Below are positions 31,140 to 43,764 of a stretch of 64,000 nucleotides of DNA, in pieces (the stretch's first letter is position 1; each line of letters starts with the position of its first letter). This DNA comes from the human T2T-CHM13v2.0 reference genome, Homo sapiens. The translations under genes and the position numbers were made by a program. Location: NCBI RefSeq assembly GCF_009914755.1, contig NC_060925.1; one strand, 5' to 3'. The notes beneath the pieces are model-generated. The model saw nothing but the letters and a program-made list of their open reading frames with translations, made no database searches and was not told where the DNA came from.

Positions 31140-31361
31140 CTTGTGACAGAACCCATACCTGGTTCAGCAGGTGGGTAGCAAAGTGCCAGGGGAAGGTTGG
31201 TTCCTCCCCGACCTGGGGAACATTCTGGTTCTTTTGTGCAGCCATTGGTTTAGGAGTGGGCATGTGACCCACTTCTGGCCAATGGGACATTATGGGAAGC
31301 CAACTGAAGTTCTCTGGGAAATATTTTTCCCTTGATAAATACCATAATTTTGGAGGAAATT

Positions 31362-31413
<52 letters not shown>

Positions 31414-32045
31414 GACAGGGTCTCACTCTGTTGCCCAGGCTGGAGTGCAATGGTACGATCTCAGCTCAGTGTAGCCTTGATCTCCTGGGCTCAAGCAATC
31501 CTCCCACCTCAGCACCCCCGGAGCAGCTGGGACAAGGCACACACTACCACTCCCAGCTAATTGATTTTTATATTTTATAGAGACGAGGTCTCTGTATGTT
31601 GTCCAGGTTGGTCTTGGACTCCTGGCCTCAAGCGTTCCTCATGCCTCAGCCTCCCAAGGGGCTGAGATTATAGGAGTGAGCCGCTGAGCCCAGCCAAGAC
31701 TTCAATTTTTTTTAAATTTTACTTTTATTTTTTATTTCACCCTTGCCTCTTTTCTTGCTCTGTTGAATCACGCCATGGGAAGATGTGAGACTTAGAGCTG
31801 TTGCAGCCATCTTGCAACAATGAAATAATATGCTGAGCTGGATGGTGGAGAGGTCCTGTCTGCTGAGCATGGCAAAGCAGAGGACGGTCAGACCCGGATC
31901 CTTGATGGAGCTTGAGGACTTTGTTGAGCTGCTGAACAACCCGAGATCACCTCCCTTTAGCCTTGTTAAGAAACTATTAGCATCTTTATGATTTAAGCCA
32001 TTGCCAGTTGTCTTTTCAGCTGCATGCGTCCTAACTGATATAGGA
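31140..32045. mobile_element. MLT1 (MaLR) LTR relic split by an Alu
   Basis: gggcatgtgacccacttctggccaatg, gcagccatcttg, tttaagcca ... tcctaactgata motifs. Confidence 0.6.
31360..31695 (-). mobile_element. AluJ with (TTTA)n tail, interrupting an MLT1 LTR
   Basis: About 12 TTTA units, then a diverged dimer. Confidence 0.85.
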
Positions 32046-33211
32046 TGGTTCTCATATTCTGGATCCAAGGTAATTTAGGCTGGTTTTTAAATGAGATTAG
32101 GGTACCAGTAAGACCTTTTGAAATGTTGAGGTAAACCATCTTTGACTGTGGTTTCTTCCCTAAAGTAGCACTCAAGGCCATCATTCTTTAAAACAATCCT
32201 GATTGTTTAAACAGACCAATTACTTTGCTATGGGTAATGAAGATTATGGAAGTCAGGCCTTTCTGCCTTTTTTGGTTGAAGCCAAGTCAAACTAAGCCTT
32301 CCAAGCAAGAGACACCCATTTGTCCTCTCCACAGCTTCTCATAATTATTTCCATGCCTTATTGATACATTGGGAAGTAAACCCTCCTAATTATTGCAATT
32401 GGCTACATTTTTATTGTAATATGAGATAAGACTTTGGATATCATGCTTTTCTCTAGAATTTAAGACAAAGGAACTCTCTAGACTGAGAGTTCAAAAGGCT
32501 GAGCTTTTGTCTAGAATGTGAGCCTAATGGAAAAGGCGAGATATTTGCAAGGGAGTCATTGCACGCATACTCAGCAAGCACAGACTGCTCCTCTCGGGGC
32601 TACTGAGGAGGGCACAGGTGACTGGGAATGGAGTATCTGCCCTTGAGAAATTGACAACTTGGGAGAAAAAAAAGTCCTCAAAAGTGACGAATAAAAGGCC
32701 AAGTATAACAAGCATCATAAAGGATGGATTGGAAAAGCACGGGGTTGAAGGCAAGGAATCTAGTTAGTGAGCTAGTGGAATATTCTAGGTGAGAGAAATC
32801 TAGGGCAGTTGCAGGGGAGATGGAAAAGAGGGCAGGATACAGGAGGCCTTGCTGAGATAGAGTCAGCAAGAATTGCCAGCTGATTAGATGTGGGATGTGA
32901 GGAGAGGGGTGAATAAAAGGACAAACCTCCTGAAACAACAGTGGGAGAGATTTTAACAAATCGTCTGTATTGTCTTCTAGGTATGGGGGGAGGATAGGAA
33001 GACAAGAAAAACATCTAGATCATGGTTCTCAAACTTTCATTTAGCTGAGGAATATCTTCTTCAACAAAGCCATCTACATACAGCCAATATATTTGGGGTA
33101 GAATGTGTTTTTTTCCCTCCCCTTTCCTTGTTTAGGAGTTGGGCATGCACCAGGGTAGGATAACAGAAGACAGCACAATTGTTCTGTGCAATGATTCGGG
33201 GAGGTTCTATG

Positions 33212-33687
33212 CAGGGCCAGCTTCATGGGCATGCAAGCCATGCATTGCACAGGGACCTGCATTTATAAGGACGCTGTGTGGGTTTAATACTCACTTGGAA
33301 TTCTTTTCTTTTTTTCAAGACGGAGTCTTGCTCTGTCACCCACGCTGAAGTGCAGCGGCGCGATCTCCGCTCACAACAAGCTCCGCCTCCCGGGTTCACG
33401 GCCGTTCTCCTGCCTCAGCCTCCCAAGTAGCTGGGACTATAGGCGCCCGCCACCATGCCCGGCTAATTTTTTTTTTTTTTGTATTTTTAGTAGAGACGGG
33501 GTTTCACCGTGTTAGCCAGGATGGTCTTTATCTCCTGACCTCGTGATCCGCCCTCCTCGGCCTCCCAAAGTGCTGGGATTACAAGCATGAGCCACCGCGC
33601 CCAGCCTGGAATTCTTAATAATTTCTGAACAAGGTGCTATGCATGTTTATTTTGCACTGGGTCCGGCAAAGGAGCTAACTGGCCCTG
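33212..33687. mobile_element. hAT-Tip100 MITE (MER91-like) containing an antisense AluY (33303-33606)
   Basis: Terminal inverted repeats cagggccag ... ctggccctg; Alu TSD tggaattctt; AluY is CpG-rich. Confidence 0.75.
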
Positions 33688-35345
33688 AACAGAGGTAGGG
33701 AACTAAAGAAACTCGTCTTTTACAGGCTCGGAGATGCCAAGACAGCCAGGGTGGAAATGCATATGAATGATAATGTCCTAATAGTAGTAGTCTATTTCAC
33801 AGGATTGCTGCAAGTGTTGAATGAGAAAATATGTGGAAAGTGCTTAGAACAGTGTCTGGCACATAGGGAATGCTGTGGAAGTGTTTGATATCATTACTGT
33901 TCCCTCCTTGTACTGGTTCAACACCTGACAGCCTGAGGTTGATTATTCAAAGGGTCACAGTGGGCTTTTCTCATTTTCCCATTTCTAACCTGTCGCTCAC
34001 CATCCAGCCCCAGGCTTATGATTGTCCTTTGGGGGAAAAAACTCCAACAACAATAATTATCACAATAAATACATAGGTGAGATCACATCCTCTCTTGATC
34101 CTTAGTGTAGCTAGCTGGTGCTTCAGGGTGTGTCTGTGTGCTCTGTGTGTCTTTGTTTGTGTCTGAGAGGGAGGTTTTTTTTTTTTCATTTAATTTTAAT
34201 TCAATTAATTAGAGGCTCTCTCTGGTGGTTTCATTTTGTTTTTCTTTACCTGCCTTTTTGGTTCATATAGCGAGGACCCTGGAACCACCTGCTTCCTCCC
34301 TGCCACCGCTTCTCCTCAGGTCCCCAGGGGAAGCCAGGATCTAAAGGATGACTGTGTCACCATTGTCCTCAAGATAATGGCTCCCTCCCCCGCTTCCCTC
34401 CACTCCTATCTCATTCTCTTGAGCCTGTGGAGTGTTCAACCTTTGTCCTTCGAGTATAACCCTTTACTGGCGATAAAAAATTAAAATACTGGCTCAACAC
34501 CTCTACTCCACGAAGCTGTTGTCTTGACCAAAGTCTGAAAGCTGCCCCTCCTACCCCTATTCTAATCTTAGACATTCCCAGCACATTCTTAGTAAGAGGG
34601 AACTCTCTCTCATTGTCCTAGGATTTTAAGTCTGCAAGAACTACGCATTTTTTTTTCCTTAGCAGAAGCAGTTGTACTTTTTCCTGACAACTTTGCAAGT
34701 TCCCCATAAAGTTGGAAATTCCCTTCCTCGTTACAGCTCTTGATAGATGCAGAAGAAGCCTAGTCTGGACCTGTCTTCTCTCCTGACCTGCTGTGTAACT
34801 CTTGGGAAGTTAGTTTAAATGTTTTTGGGCCTCAGATCACAGAGATTAACTTGACTGGGGACAGACTGAAGGCTGAAAAGTGTTTGGGAATGATTTATTT
34901 TTAGAGGACCTTGGGAGAAGGGTTTTACAAATGTCTCTAAGGTAAGAATAGCCATTTGGGGAGTTACCAAGACACTTAGATTCCCCCTCCTGAAAAAATG
35001 AGTTTAATAATTTCCATTGCTAATTTCTATGTCCCCACCCTTTCCTCCAAGCCTGCCTCCACCCTCAGCTGTTGATTGATGGAGTAGATGTGCTCTGCTC
35101 CCCCTCCCACTGATGCACACACTTCTGGGAGGCCCTATATAAATAGAAGCCAGAGGCAAGGCTGCAGAATTATTATTATCATTATGATGATGATTATGTT
35201 TTCAGCATGAGAAACAGGAAGTGAAACTGACTAAAATGCCCAGTGATATGTGGCTGACCCTGTCTCCTCAGCTGGACCTAAAGGCAAAGGAGAAACTGGC
35301 CAAAGAAAACTGTAGCCCTGCCACAAGCTTTAACAACTTCTGGTG

Positions 35346-35376
<31 letters not shown>

Positions 35377-35389
35377 CGTGTGTGTGTGT
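35346..35389. repeat. (TG)n microsatellite
   Basis: Direct read. Confidence 0.95.
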
Positions 35390-38249
35390 TACAAGGAGTG
35401 TCTTTAAATAAGCAGCTTCTAGAACTTGTGATCTTTCAACCTTATTTTTATGCCCAAGCTTCCCTCTTCATGTGATATCCTCAGAGTTCTTCCTTACTAC
35501 TTCCTTCCCCATTTCCTAGAGAGAGCTTCTCACGGCTGTCAGAAGATGTTAAAGGAGAAGTCCAATGATTAATTACTTCCCACTACACATGCCTTATCTG
35601 CCCAGGCCAGGTCTGAGCTGTGTGCCTTTCTTGATCACCGGGTCTGTCTCCAGGGCAGACATATTCCCTGGGCCCCCAAGGCCTTTCTTCCCTCTCCCTT
35701 CAGGGGGCCATGTTTTCTCTTCTGCCTCACTGCTTGAGGCTCCATCTGCTTGGTTGATTATTCATGTCCTTTGTCTTTTTCAGGAATCGATTATGGATAA
35801 ATGGTAGTTAGAAAACAGGGCTTCAGGGCCGATGTAATTATCCCACTTTGACATTTCCATTTTCAGCACCATGGCCTCTGGAAACACTGACACAGTGAAA
35901 ATGACCTGATTTTCATACTACCTTGTTAGTTCAACTTCCTAGGGAGAAAAAAGCAGGCAGCTATGTGGAGAGTAAATGAACCAAGTTGGTGTTTCAGAAA
36001 CGCCTCCTCATTTGGACAATATTCTGAAAAAAAAAATGCATAGGAAACAGAAGAGAAAAAGGCATCTGCGGGGGATAGCAAAGAAAGAGAAAGAAAGAGC
36101 ATTTCAGCTGTGCAGGGCATTGGGCTCACATTCTGGTCCCTGGGCCCACACCTTTTTTATGGCTTTCATACCAAGATCTCGAGCTAGATTAATAGATTAT
36201 TGGAATTTTGGGTTGGGAAAAACATAACTGTCTTATTCTCGCTATAATTTTTTCTGAGCCTAGAATAGGGGGTCCAGCGAAGTCCACCCAGGAGCTGGGA
36301 TGGAGGATGAGGATCATAACAAGGTACTTGATTGAGGAAGAACAACTCTAGTATGGAGCTTTATGCCCCAAATTGCAGCAGTTATGAGTCTTACTCCCTG
36401 CATAGGAGAACATGGTGGCTGAGAAGACAGGTGTTAGTTAGGTCCCGGCTTTCTGCATTCAAATCCCCACTCCAGACCTTACTTTAAGTTGCTTAAATTC
36501 AATGGGCCTCAGTTTCCTCATCTGGGCCCCTGGAAGGATGTTAGTAACACCTATCTTGCAGGGTTGTTATGGGGCATTGATTGAGTCAACACCTGGAATC
36601 ACAGGCATTGTAGGAACATAATAGGTGCTCACTAAAAGAGAGCTATTACCGTGAACTTTTAAATTTGTCTTTGTCTATGTGCCATTCACTATCCTCCATT
36701 TCATCCATCCAGCAAAAATACAAATGCCATATTCTGTGACAGGCGCTGGGCAAGTCACCAGGGATAGACACAAAGCAGAATATAAATCTTGTCAGAGGAT
36801 TTATCCTCCCCAGGTTTCTCTTATTTCTTAATCCAGAGCAGAACACATAACAAGTTTGAACCCAATTTTCACTGTTCCTTGGTCCTGTTCCTCACCCATT
36901 CTCTCCATTTGCTTTTTCTGCTTCCTTGCTCTTTCTTTCCCAACTCTGTAGGAAGATAGGCCCCAGGTATCTCCGCCAAGGAAGGTCCCTGGAATCCTGC
37001 CAGGCTCTTCTAGGACTTGTCTTGGTGAGGGAGCCCTGGGAGGGGCAGGTCCCCAGGGAAGCCTGTTGCTCCTCTCACTCAGCAATCCCTCTTGGGCCAG
37101 GCTCCCCTTCCCAGGCCCTCAGCTCTCCCACAAGATCTCTGGGGAAGCTGGAAGAGGGCCACTAGGCCCTGTAATAACCACACTTCTTCATGGTAAACAA
37201 GAACCAGATTCCTGGGGAGTGACGCAGGCAGGAGCTCTGTGGCTGAGGCAGCTGTGATTATACCAAGACATGAAGAAACACCTCTTGCTCAGCCTTGGCC
37301 TGCTTGGGGAAGGCCCAGGAGAGAAGCTGCCCATGTGTCCCTCTTTGCTACCCTTCTAGTCATTCTTGGCCTGAATTACAGGGGCCTTGGCACCAATTGG
37401 CTCTGCAGACACAAGTGGGCAACCATCAGCCCCGATCTCCCAACCAGACTAGGTTCCTCCATCACCTCTCCTTTTCTAGGATTTTCCCCACCCTCTCCCC
37501 TACTCATGTGTCTGACTCCCACCCTTGGCTGTCATCCTGCACTCCCTGTGCCTTCCTTCTTGAGGGAGAATCATGCATGTCCCTCACCAATGCCAGTCGA
37601 AGCCTTAGGCTCCTGTGCAGAGGCCTTGATCCTGGGCACCCAGGAATGAAGCTGCCCTGAAGGGGCACTGGCCCACAGGCTGTCAAAGCTGGTCCAGGGC
37701 CTTCATCTTCACAATGTGACTTCTGAGTGTAGGATCAGTTCTCCTGGATGTTTAGGCCAAGCACAGTTCTTGCTAGTTCTTAGATGGAATGTTGAACTGG
37801 CTTAAATACTTCTAGGATACACAAGAAACTGGGGTGGGGAACTGGGTGGCTGAGGGCTTGGGTGGCTGAGGGCTTAGTTGGCCAGGGAGACATTTTACAA
37901 GCTACCCTTTAGGGCTTTTGCATTTTGTACCATGTGAATGTATTAAAAGTTTTCAAAAAAAAGAATTCTGTGATCTTGTAAACCTCTTGTATGTCAGATA
38001 TAGAGAATTTCTGGCCCCTGTCCTCATGGTGGAAGGGAGAGTGGGATAGTTGTGTGGAAAAGGCCTCATTTGGGTCAGACTTCAGGCTTAGAAGGGGCTG
38101 ACAAGGGCAGGTGTCTGCTTGGGTTTGAGATTTTCTGAGCATCTGAATGACTTAGAATCTTGCACAAGGAGGATAGTGTTGTTGAGTGTGATGGTCCTGG
38201 AGGGAGGAGGATGGGCCTGAGCTTCTGTCCAGGCCTAGAAGTACATTTG

Positions 38250-38665
38250 ACTTTCTGTGTCTATGAATTTGACTACTTAGGTACCTCAGATAAGTGGAAT
38301 CATATAATATTTGTCTTTTTGTGTCTGGCTTATTTTATTAGCGCAATATTTGCAAGGTTAGTCCATGTTATGGCGTGTATCAGAATTTCCTTTTTTTTGA
38401 GATGGAGTCTTGCTCTGTCGCCTAGGCTGGAGTGGTATATATATATATATCTGTTCCATTCTTTTTGGTGTATCCCCAGAAGTGTAATTGCTAAATCATA
38501 TGGTAATTCTATGTTTAATTTTTTGAGGACCTGCCATACTATTTCCACAACAGCTGCACCATTTTGCATTCTCACTGGCAGTGCACGAGAGTTCCAATTT
38601 CTCCACATTTTAGCTAACACTTATTTTCTGGGTTTGTTTTTATTTTAGTAATAGCCATTCCAATG
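38250..38665 (-). mobile_element. L1M ORF2/3' end fragment interrupted by a ~45-bp Alu tail fragment and (TA)n
   Basis: ORF 38330-38620 VWQVLKKLNIELPYDLAITLLGI is L1 ORF2-like. Confidence 0.8.
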
Positions 38666-39104
38666 GGGATAGCCTTGAGAAGGTTTAAGCATGGTGCCCT
38701 GGGGCTCATAAATGGGAGAGATATATGCAGGAAGCCCTCATCTAGATGGTGACATTTGACCTGGGCCTCTAAGCATGGGCAAGAATTCTCCAGGTGGAGG
38801 AGGAAAACCACATAGGAGAAAGGCTTAACGAAAAAAGGAACGGAGAGAGACAAGAAACTGCATGGCCTGTTTAGAGGCAGCAGGTGGTTAGCACCAGCAA
38901 GAAGATAGGGTTTGTAGGGGAGGGTGTCAAGTTGTAAGGCTAGAGGCAGATTTAAGGGCTAGAAATTCCTCTCAGGCTTTGGACTCTGGTCAATAGGGAG
39001 CTATTGGTAATGTATGTGAAAGTGTTGTGCAAACTTCAATACAGTTTATAAGTATAAGAATTTAGAATACAAAGGAGAGAAATGTTTTTAAAGAAACAAA
39101 GTGT

Positions 39105-39470
<366 letters not shown>

Positions 39471-39647
39471 TCATCTAGGAGAATCTTGGGTACCCATGGT
39501 GCTGGCACTGCCCCATTCCCTCCCTGTCAGCTCCCAAATACAAGGCTAACCAAATAGCACAGAGGGCCTGCCCCTGTTGACCTCCCTGGGTCAGGAGGGC
39601 TCCTGTTGTCCATTAAGTGGGACAATCATGAAGCCATCACAATTCCC

Positions 39648-40228
39648 TGCAGCCTCAACCTTTTAGGCTCAAGCAATCCTCCCACCTCAGCCACCTGAGT
39701 AGCTGGGACTACAGGCTCCTGCCACCATCCCCAGCTATTTTTTTTTTTTTTGTAGAAACAAGGTCTTGCTTTTTTGCCCAGACTGGTCTTGAACTCCTGG
39801 TCTCAAGTGATCCTCTTGCCTTGGCCTCCCAAAGTGCTGAGATAATAGGCATGAGCCACTGCACCCAGCGTACACTCTCGTGGTACAATAAATGTGCACC
39901 AGAAGTTCTGAGAGCCTAGTTTGTCTTTTTCTTTTTTTTTTCTTTGAGATGGAGTCTCACTCTGTCGCCAGGGCTGAAGTGCAATGGTGTGATCTCCACT
40001 CACTGCAACCTCCGTCTCCTGGGTTCAAGTGATTTCTCCTGCCTCAGCCTCCCTAGTAGTTGAGACTACAGGCACACACCACCACGCCCAGCTAATTTTT
40101 GTATGTTTTGTAGAGACAGTTTTTTTGCCATGTTGGCCATGCTGGCCTCAAACTCCTGATCTCAAGTGGTCCACCTGCCTCAGCCTCCCAAAGTGCTGAG
40201 ATTACAGGCGTGAGCCACTGCACCTGGG
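39648..40228 (-). mobile_element. Partial AluJ (about 39648-39868) and AluS (about 39925-40228)
   Basis: Second copy has TSD agagcctagttt. Confidence 0.85.
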
Positions 40229-40429
40229 TTAAGAGCCTAGTTTTTAAAGTCACACACCTACCTGTCTATATGATGGTGTAGAGGTGGTCTTTGGAGGAAA
40301 GGGACAGATTGATCTGTACATGTCCCTTTTGTCTCTACAATGTTGTAGTTTTCACCACTTCATAAGCAATGTGGGAGGAAAAATTAGGTCCTACTTCGAT
40401 CTGTCATGGAATGAACAAAAACAAAACAA

Positions 40430-40541
40430 AATATAGTGTGTATATATATATATATAGTGTATATATATATATAAGTGTATATATAGTGTGTATATATATA
40501 TAGTGTGTGTATATATAGTGTGTGTGTATATATGTATATAC
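40430..40541. repeat. Compound (TA)n/(TG)n repeat
   Basis: Repeating tatatagtgtg units. Confidence 0.9.
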
Positions 40542-41623
40542 AATACACGTATGCTACATAAATTATCTCACATATACCTCAAATATTTAGGTACTTCCTC
40601 AAAAGTTTACAAATGCTAAGATTCCAAACCCATTAATGCTCAAATGACTCTATTCATTGCCTTTAACTGTCTGTCTTAGTGGTAGGGACAGTCTCTGGAA
40701 GTTCTGAGTAAGTTGCAGTTGCAGACTGTCTCCTTCTCCTGAGCCATGCACACAGGCTGGGATGGCTTCCCCAGGTCGGCCTGGCAGGTGTCAGCTAGCT
40801 GGACCACTTTTAAGAGCATTTAGGAACATAGGCTTTGACACATGTGGAAACAGATCTTCCCCATCTAGTTGTGTGATGACTGGCTGTTATTTAACCTTTC
40901 TGAGCCACGTTTTCACTGATCAAAATACCGGAAATACTACTACTTAGAGCATTGTTGAGAAGATTGAATGAGATGGTTAGTATGAAAGTACCTGCTGCAT
41001 AGTAACTGCTCACATTTATAGAGGCCAAGTACTATGTGCCAGAAACCATTGAAAATGTTACTCCTGTATTTAATCTAGGGAATATTATTCCATCCTTCAT
41101 TATACAAACAGTACAATGAAGTGCAGTTAAGTATAGTAGTGAATAATGAGGTGGGATTAGAACCCAGGATTTGATTCCACCATGCTCTACTGCCTCAAAG
41201 TTAAGTTCTCATGTGAAGCTATGGATCATTATACCCTTAGGAAATCTCTACCCATTCCACATATACATGTGTATGTCTCTCCCCTACCTTTTCTACCCTT
41301 CCACTTCCATTTACTTATCTTAAGCAAGGGAGAAAAATCCAGGCATCACCAGGTCACCAGGTAAGAACCTGATGATCCTTTTGGTTGACCCACCTTGATT
41401 GTGTTCCTAGATAGTTCCCCCTTTCCTCTCCTCCTTTCCCAATCATTGTCCAGGCTGTTACTCATCTAAGTAGCAACTGATATGCCAGATATAAGCTAGG
41501 TTGGAGGGCAATGCTTTTAATACAAGGACAACAGCCTTGGAAGCCTTCTTGAATACAGGTGGATATTTGCCTCTCTTCCCTACATTTCCCATTGTAAACT
41601 GTGGATTTAGCATTAGACATCCT

Positions 41624-41946
<323 letters not shown>

Positions 41947-43141
41947 CTAATTACTCTCATTTGTAGTCCCTTTGGACCATATTATGTCTGTTGATGTGCA
42001 GAGGTGAAGTTTCTGTTCCCCTTTGGGTACTTCCTTCTTTCTCTTTCTATTCGCATTCTTTGCCACTGCCCCAGCTGTTCCCTGCCGTGGCATTAAACTA
42101 TCAAAGGATGAAGTGCAGATGAGGGCACGGAGGGCACCAAGGGCACCGTGGGTGGGGGAAGGATTTTTCCCCTCTGGGATGTCTTAACTAGGGCATTACC
42201 AATGGCACTTGCTATGGGTAGAATTCCTTTCTGTGAGGCAGCCGTTAACACCTTCAGAAAGAGCTAAGATAGAAGGGATGATAGAGGCCATCCTGACCAA
42301 TATTTTGAGGTCATTTTCTGGGTCAGAAATTTTTGTGACTGAGTCTTATGTATATATATCTGTCACTTTTGCTTTGGGGGAATTTCTCATTTTATCACAG
42401 AAATACTAGCCTATGACATGAAGACTATTTCTCTCTGGCTCTAAGCCATTTTTCTTTCCAAGAGTGGGTTTTTAGTGGACAGAGCTTCTTCTGTAAATCA
42501 TGCTCCTTCTTGCAATATTTTGTTTGCGGTACTAGCAGTGGATACAAAGGCTGCTTTATCTGTGTTCATGCGCAGATCCGCCAGCCTGTGGATGATCCTC
42601 ACTCATCAAGAGAGTGTTAGCTGAAAATTTCCAAGAGATCCACCTCCATAAATTTCCACCCTCTGTCACTCATTCATAATGCCACGTCATAGTAAAACAG
42701 GAAACTTTTACTCCATGATGGTGTGAAGGCTGTGTGGGGGAATCTTGAAGAAAAAGATTGTCACAATGTATCCTATCATATAACCCAGTCATGCAAATTA
42801 ACATAGACCTATATTCTGTAACAGATTAGGCCAAGATGGAAGGAAATTGAGGTGTGGAAAATTTATGTTGCTCTAAAATGGAAAGAATAGCCCATACCTC
42901 TTCAGGCAATTCCTGCCCAGAAATAGCAGATATCATATTTCTGACATTAAGAAGGATATGTGAGTATATGTCTGCTCAGGATCTATAGTAAGGACCATGA
43001 GCATGGACTTTGGGTCAGAAAGATTTGGGTCCTGTCCTTCGCTAGTGGAATGACTCTGAGAAAGTTATTTAATTTCTCTGGGACTCAGTTTTCTTGTTTA
43101 TACAACAGATAAGTGAGGATAACAGTACAGACCTCATAGGG

Positions 43142-43620
43142 CTGTGTAAGAGTAGGATAAGGTTTGGCTGTGAATGATAGAAAACCTAGACCATCAGTCA
43201 CTTCAACAAGAAGGCCATTTATTGTTCTTTCATATAAAAGTCTGGGTAGGTGGCTCATTGCTGATATGATGGATCCAGGTTCACCAGTATACAGACTCTT
43301 TCTGTCCTTTTGTTCTGTCTTCCTCAACCTGTAACCTCCATTTCACCATCCAAGATGGCTACAGCTGTGAAATTTTTATTCCAGTCAGCAGGAAAGAAAA
43401 AAGAGAAGGAGAAGAAGAAGGACATACTTCTTTCCATAAACCACTTCCATTTACAAGTCATTGGTTATAACTTAATCTTATGAATGTAACCGGCTATAGT
43501 GGAGGCTGCTCAAGTGGGAAATGTAATTTTTATTCCAGGCAGTCTTGTGCTTAGCTAAATATGGGGTGCTCTTTACTATCAAAGAGAGGAAAAAAAGGTG
43601 TTAGCCCACCCAACTAGCAA
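43142..43620. mobile_element. MLT1J/K-like LTR relic inside a MIR
   Basis: Contains ccaagatggct and gggaaatgtaattttt; MIR halves on both sides. Confidence 0.5.
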
Positions 43621-43712
43621 TCTCAGCCACGGATCATCATGAGATTTAAATGAGACAATGCAGGTAGAGGGTTGAGCACAGTGTTGGGCACTCAGGAAGC
43701 ACTCAAAAAACA

Positions 43713-43764
43713 TTGTCATCGTCATCATCATCATCATCATCAACATCATCATCACCATCATCAT
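43713..43764. repeat. (CAT)n trinucleotide repeat
   Basis: Direct read; produces the poly-Met ORF 43579-43797. Confidence 0.9.

Noticed and set aside
35862-35882. REST/NRSE-like TTCAGCACCATGG
   Set aside because: Right half-site (ACAG..CC) is missing.
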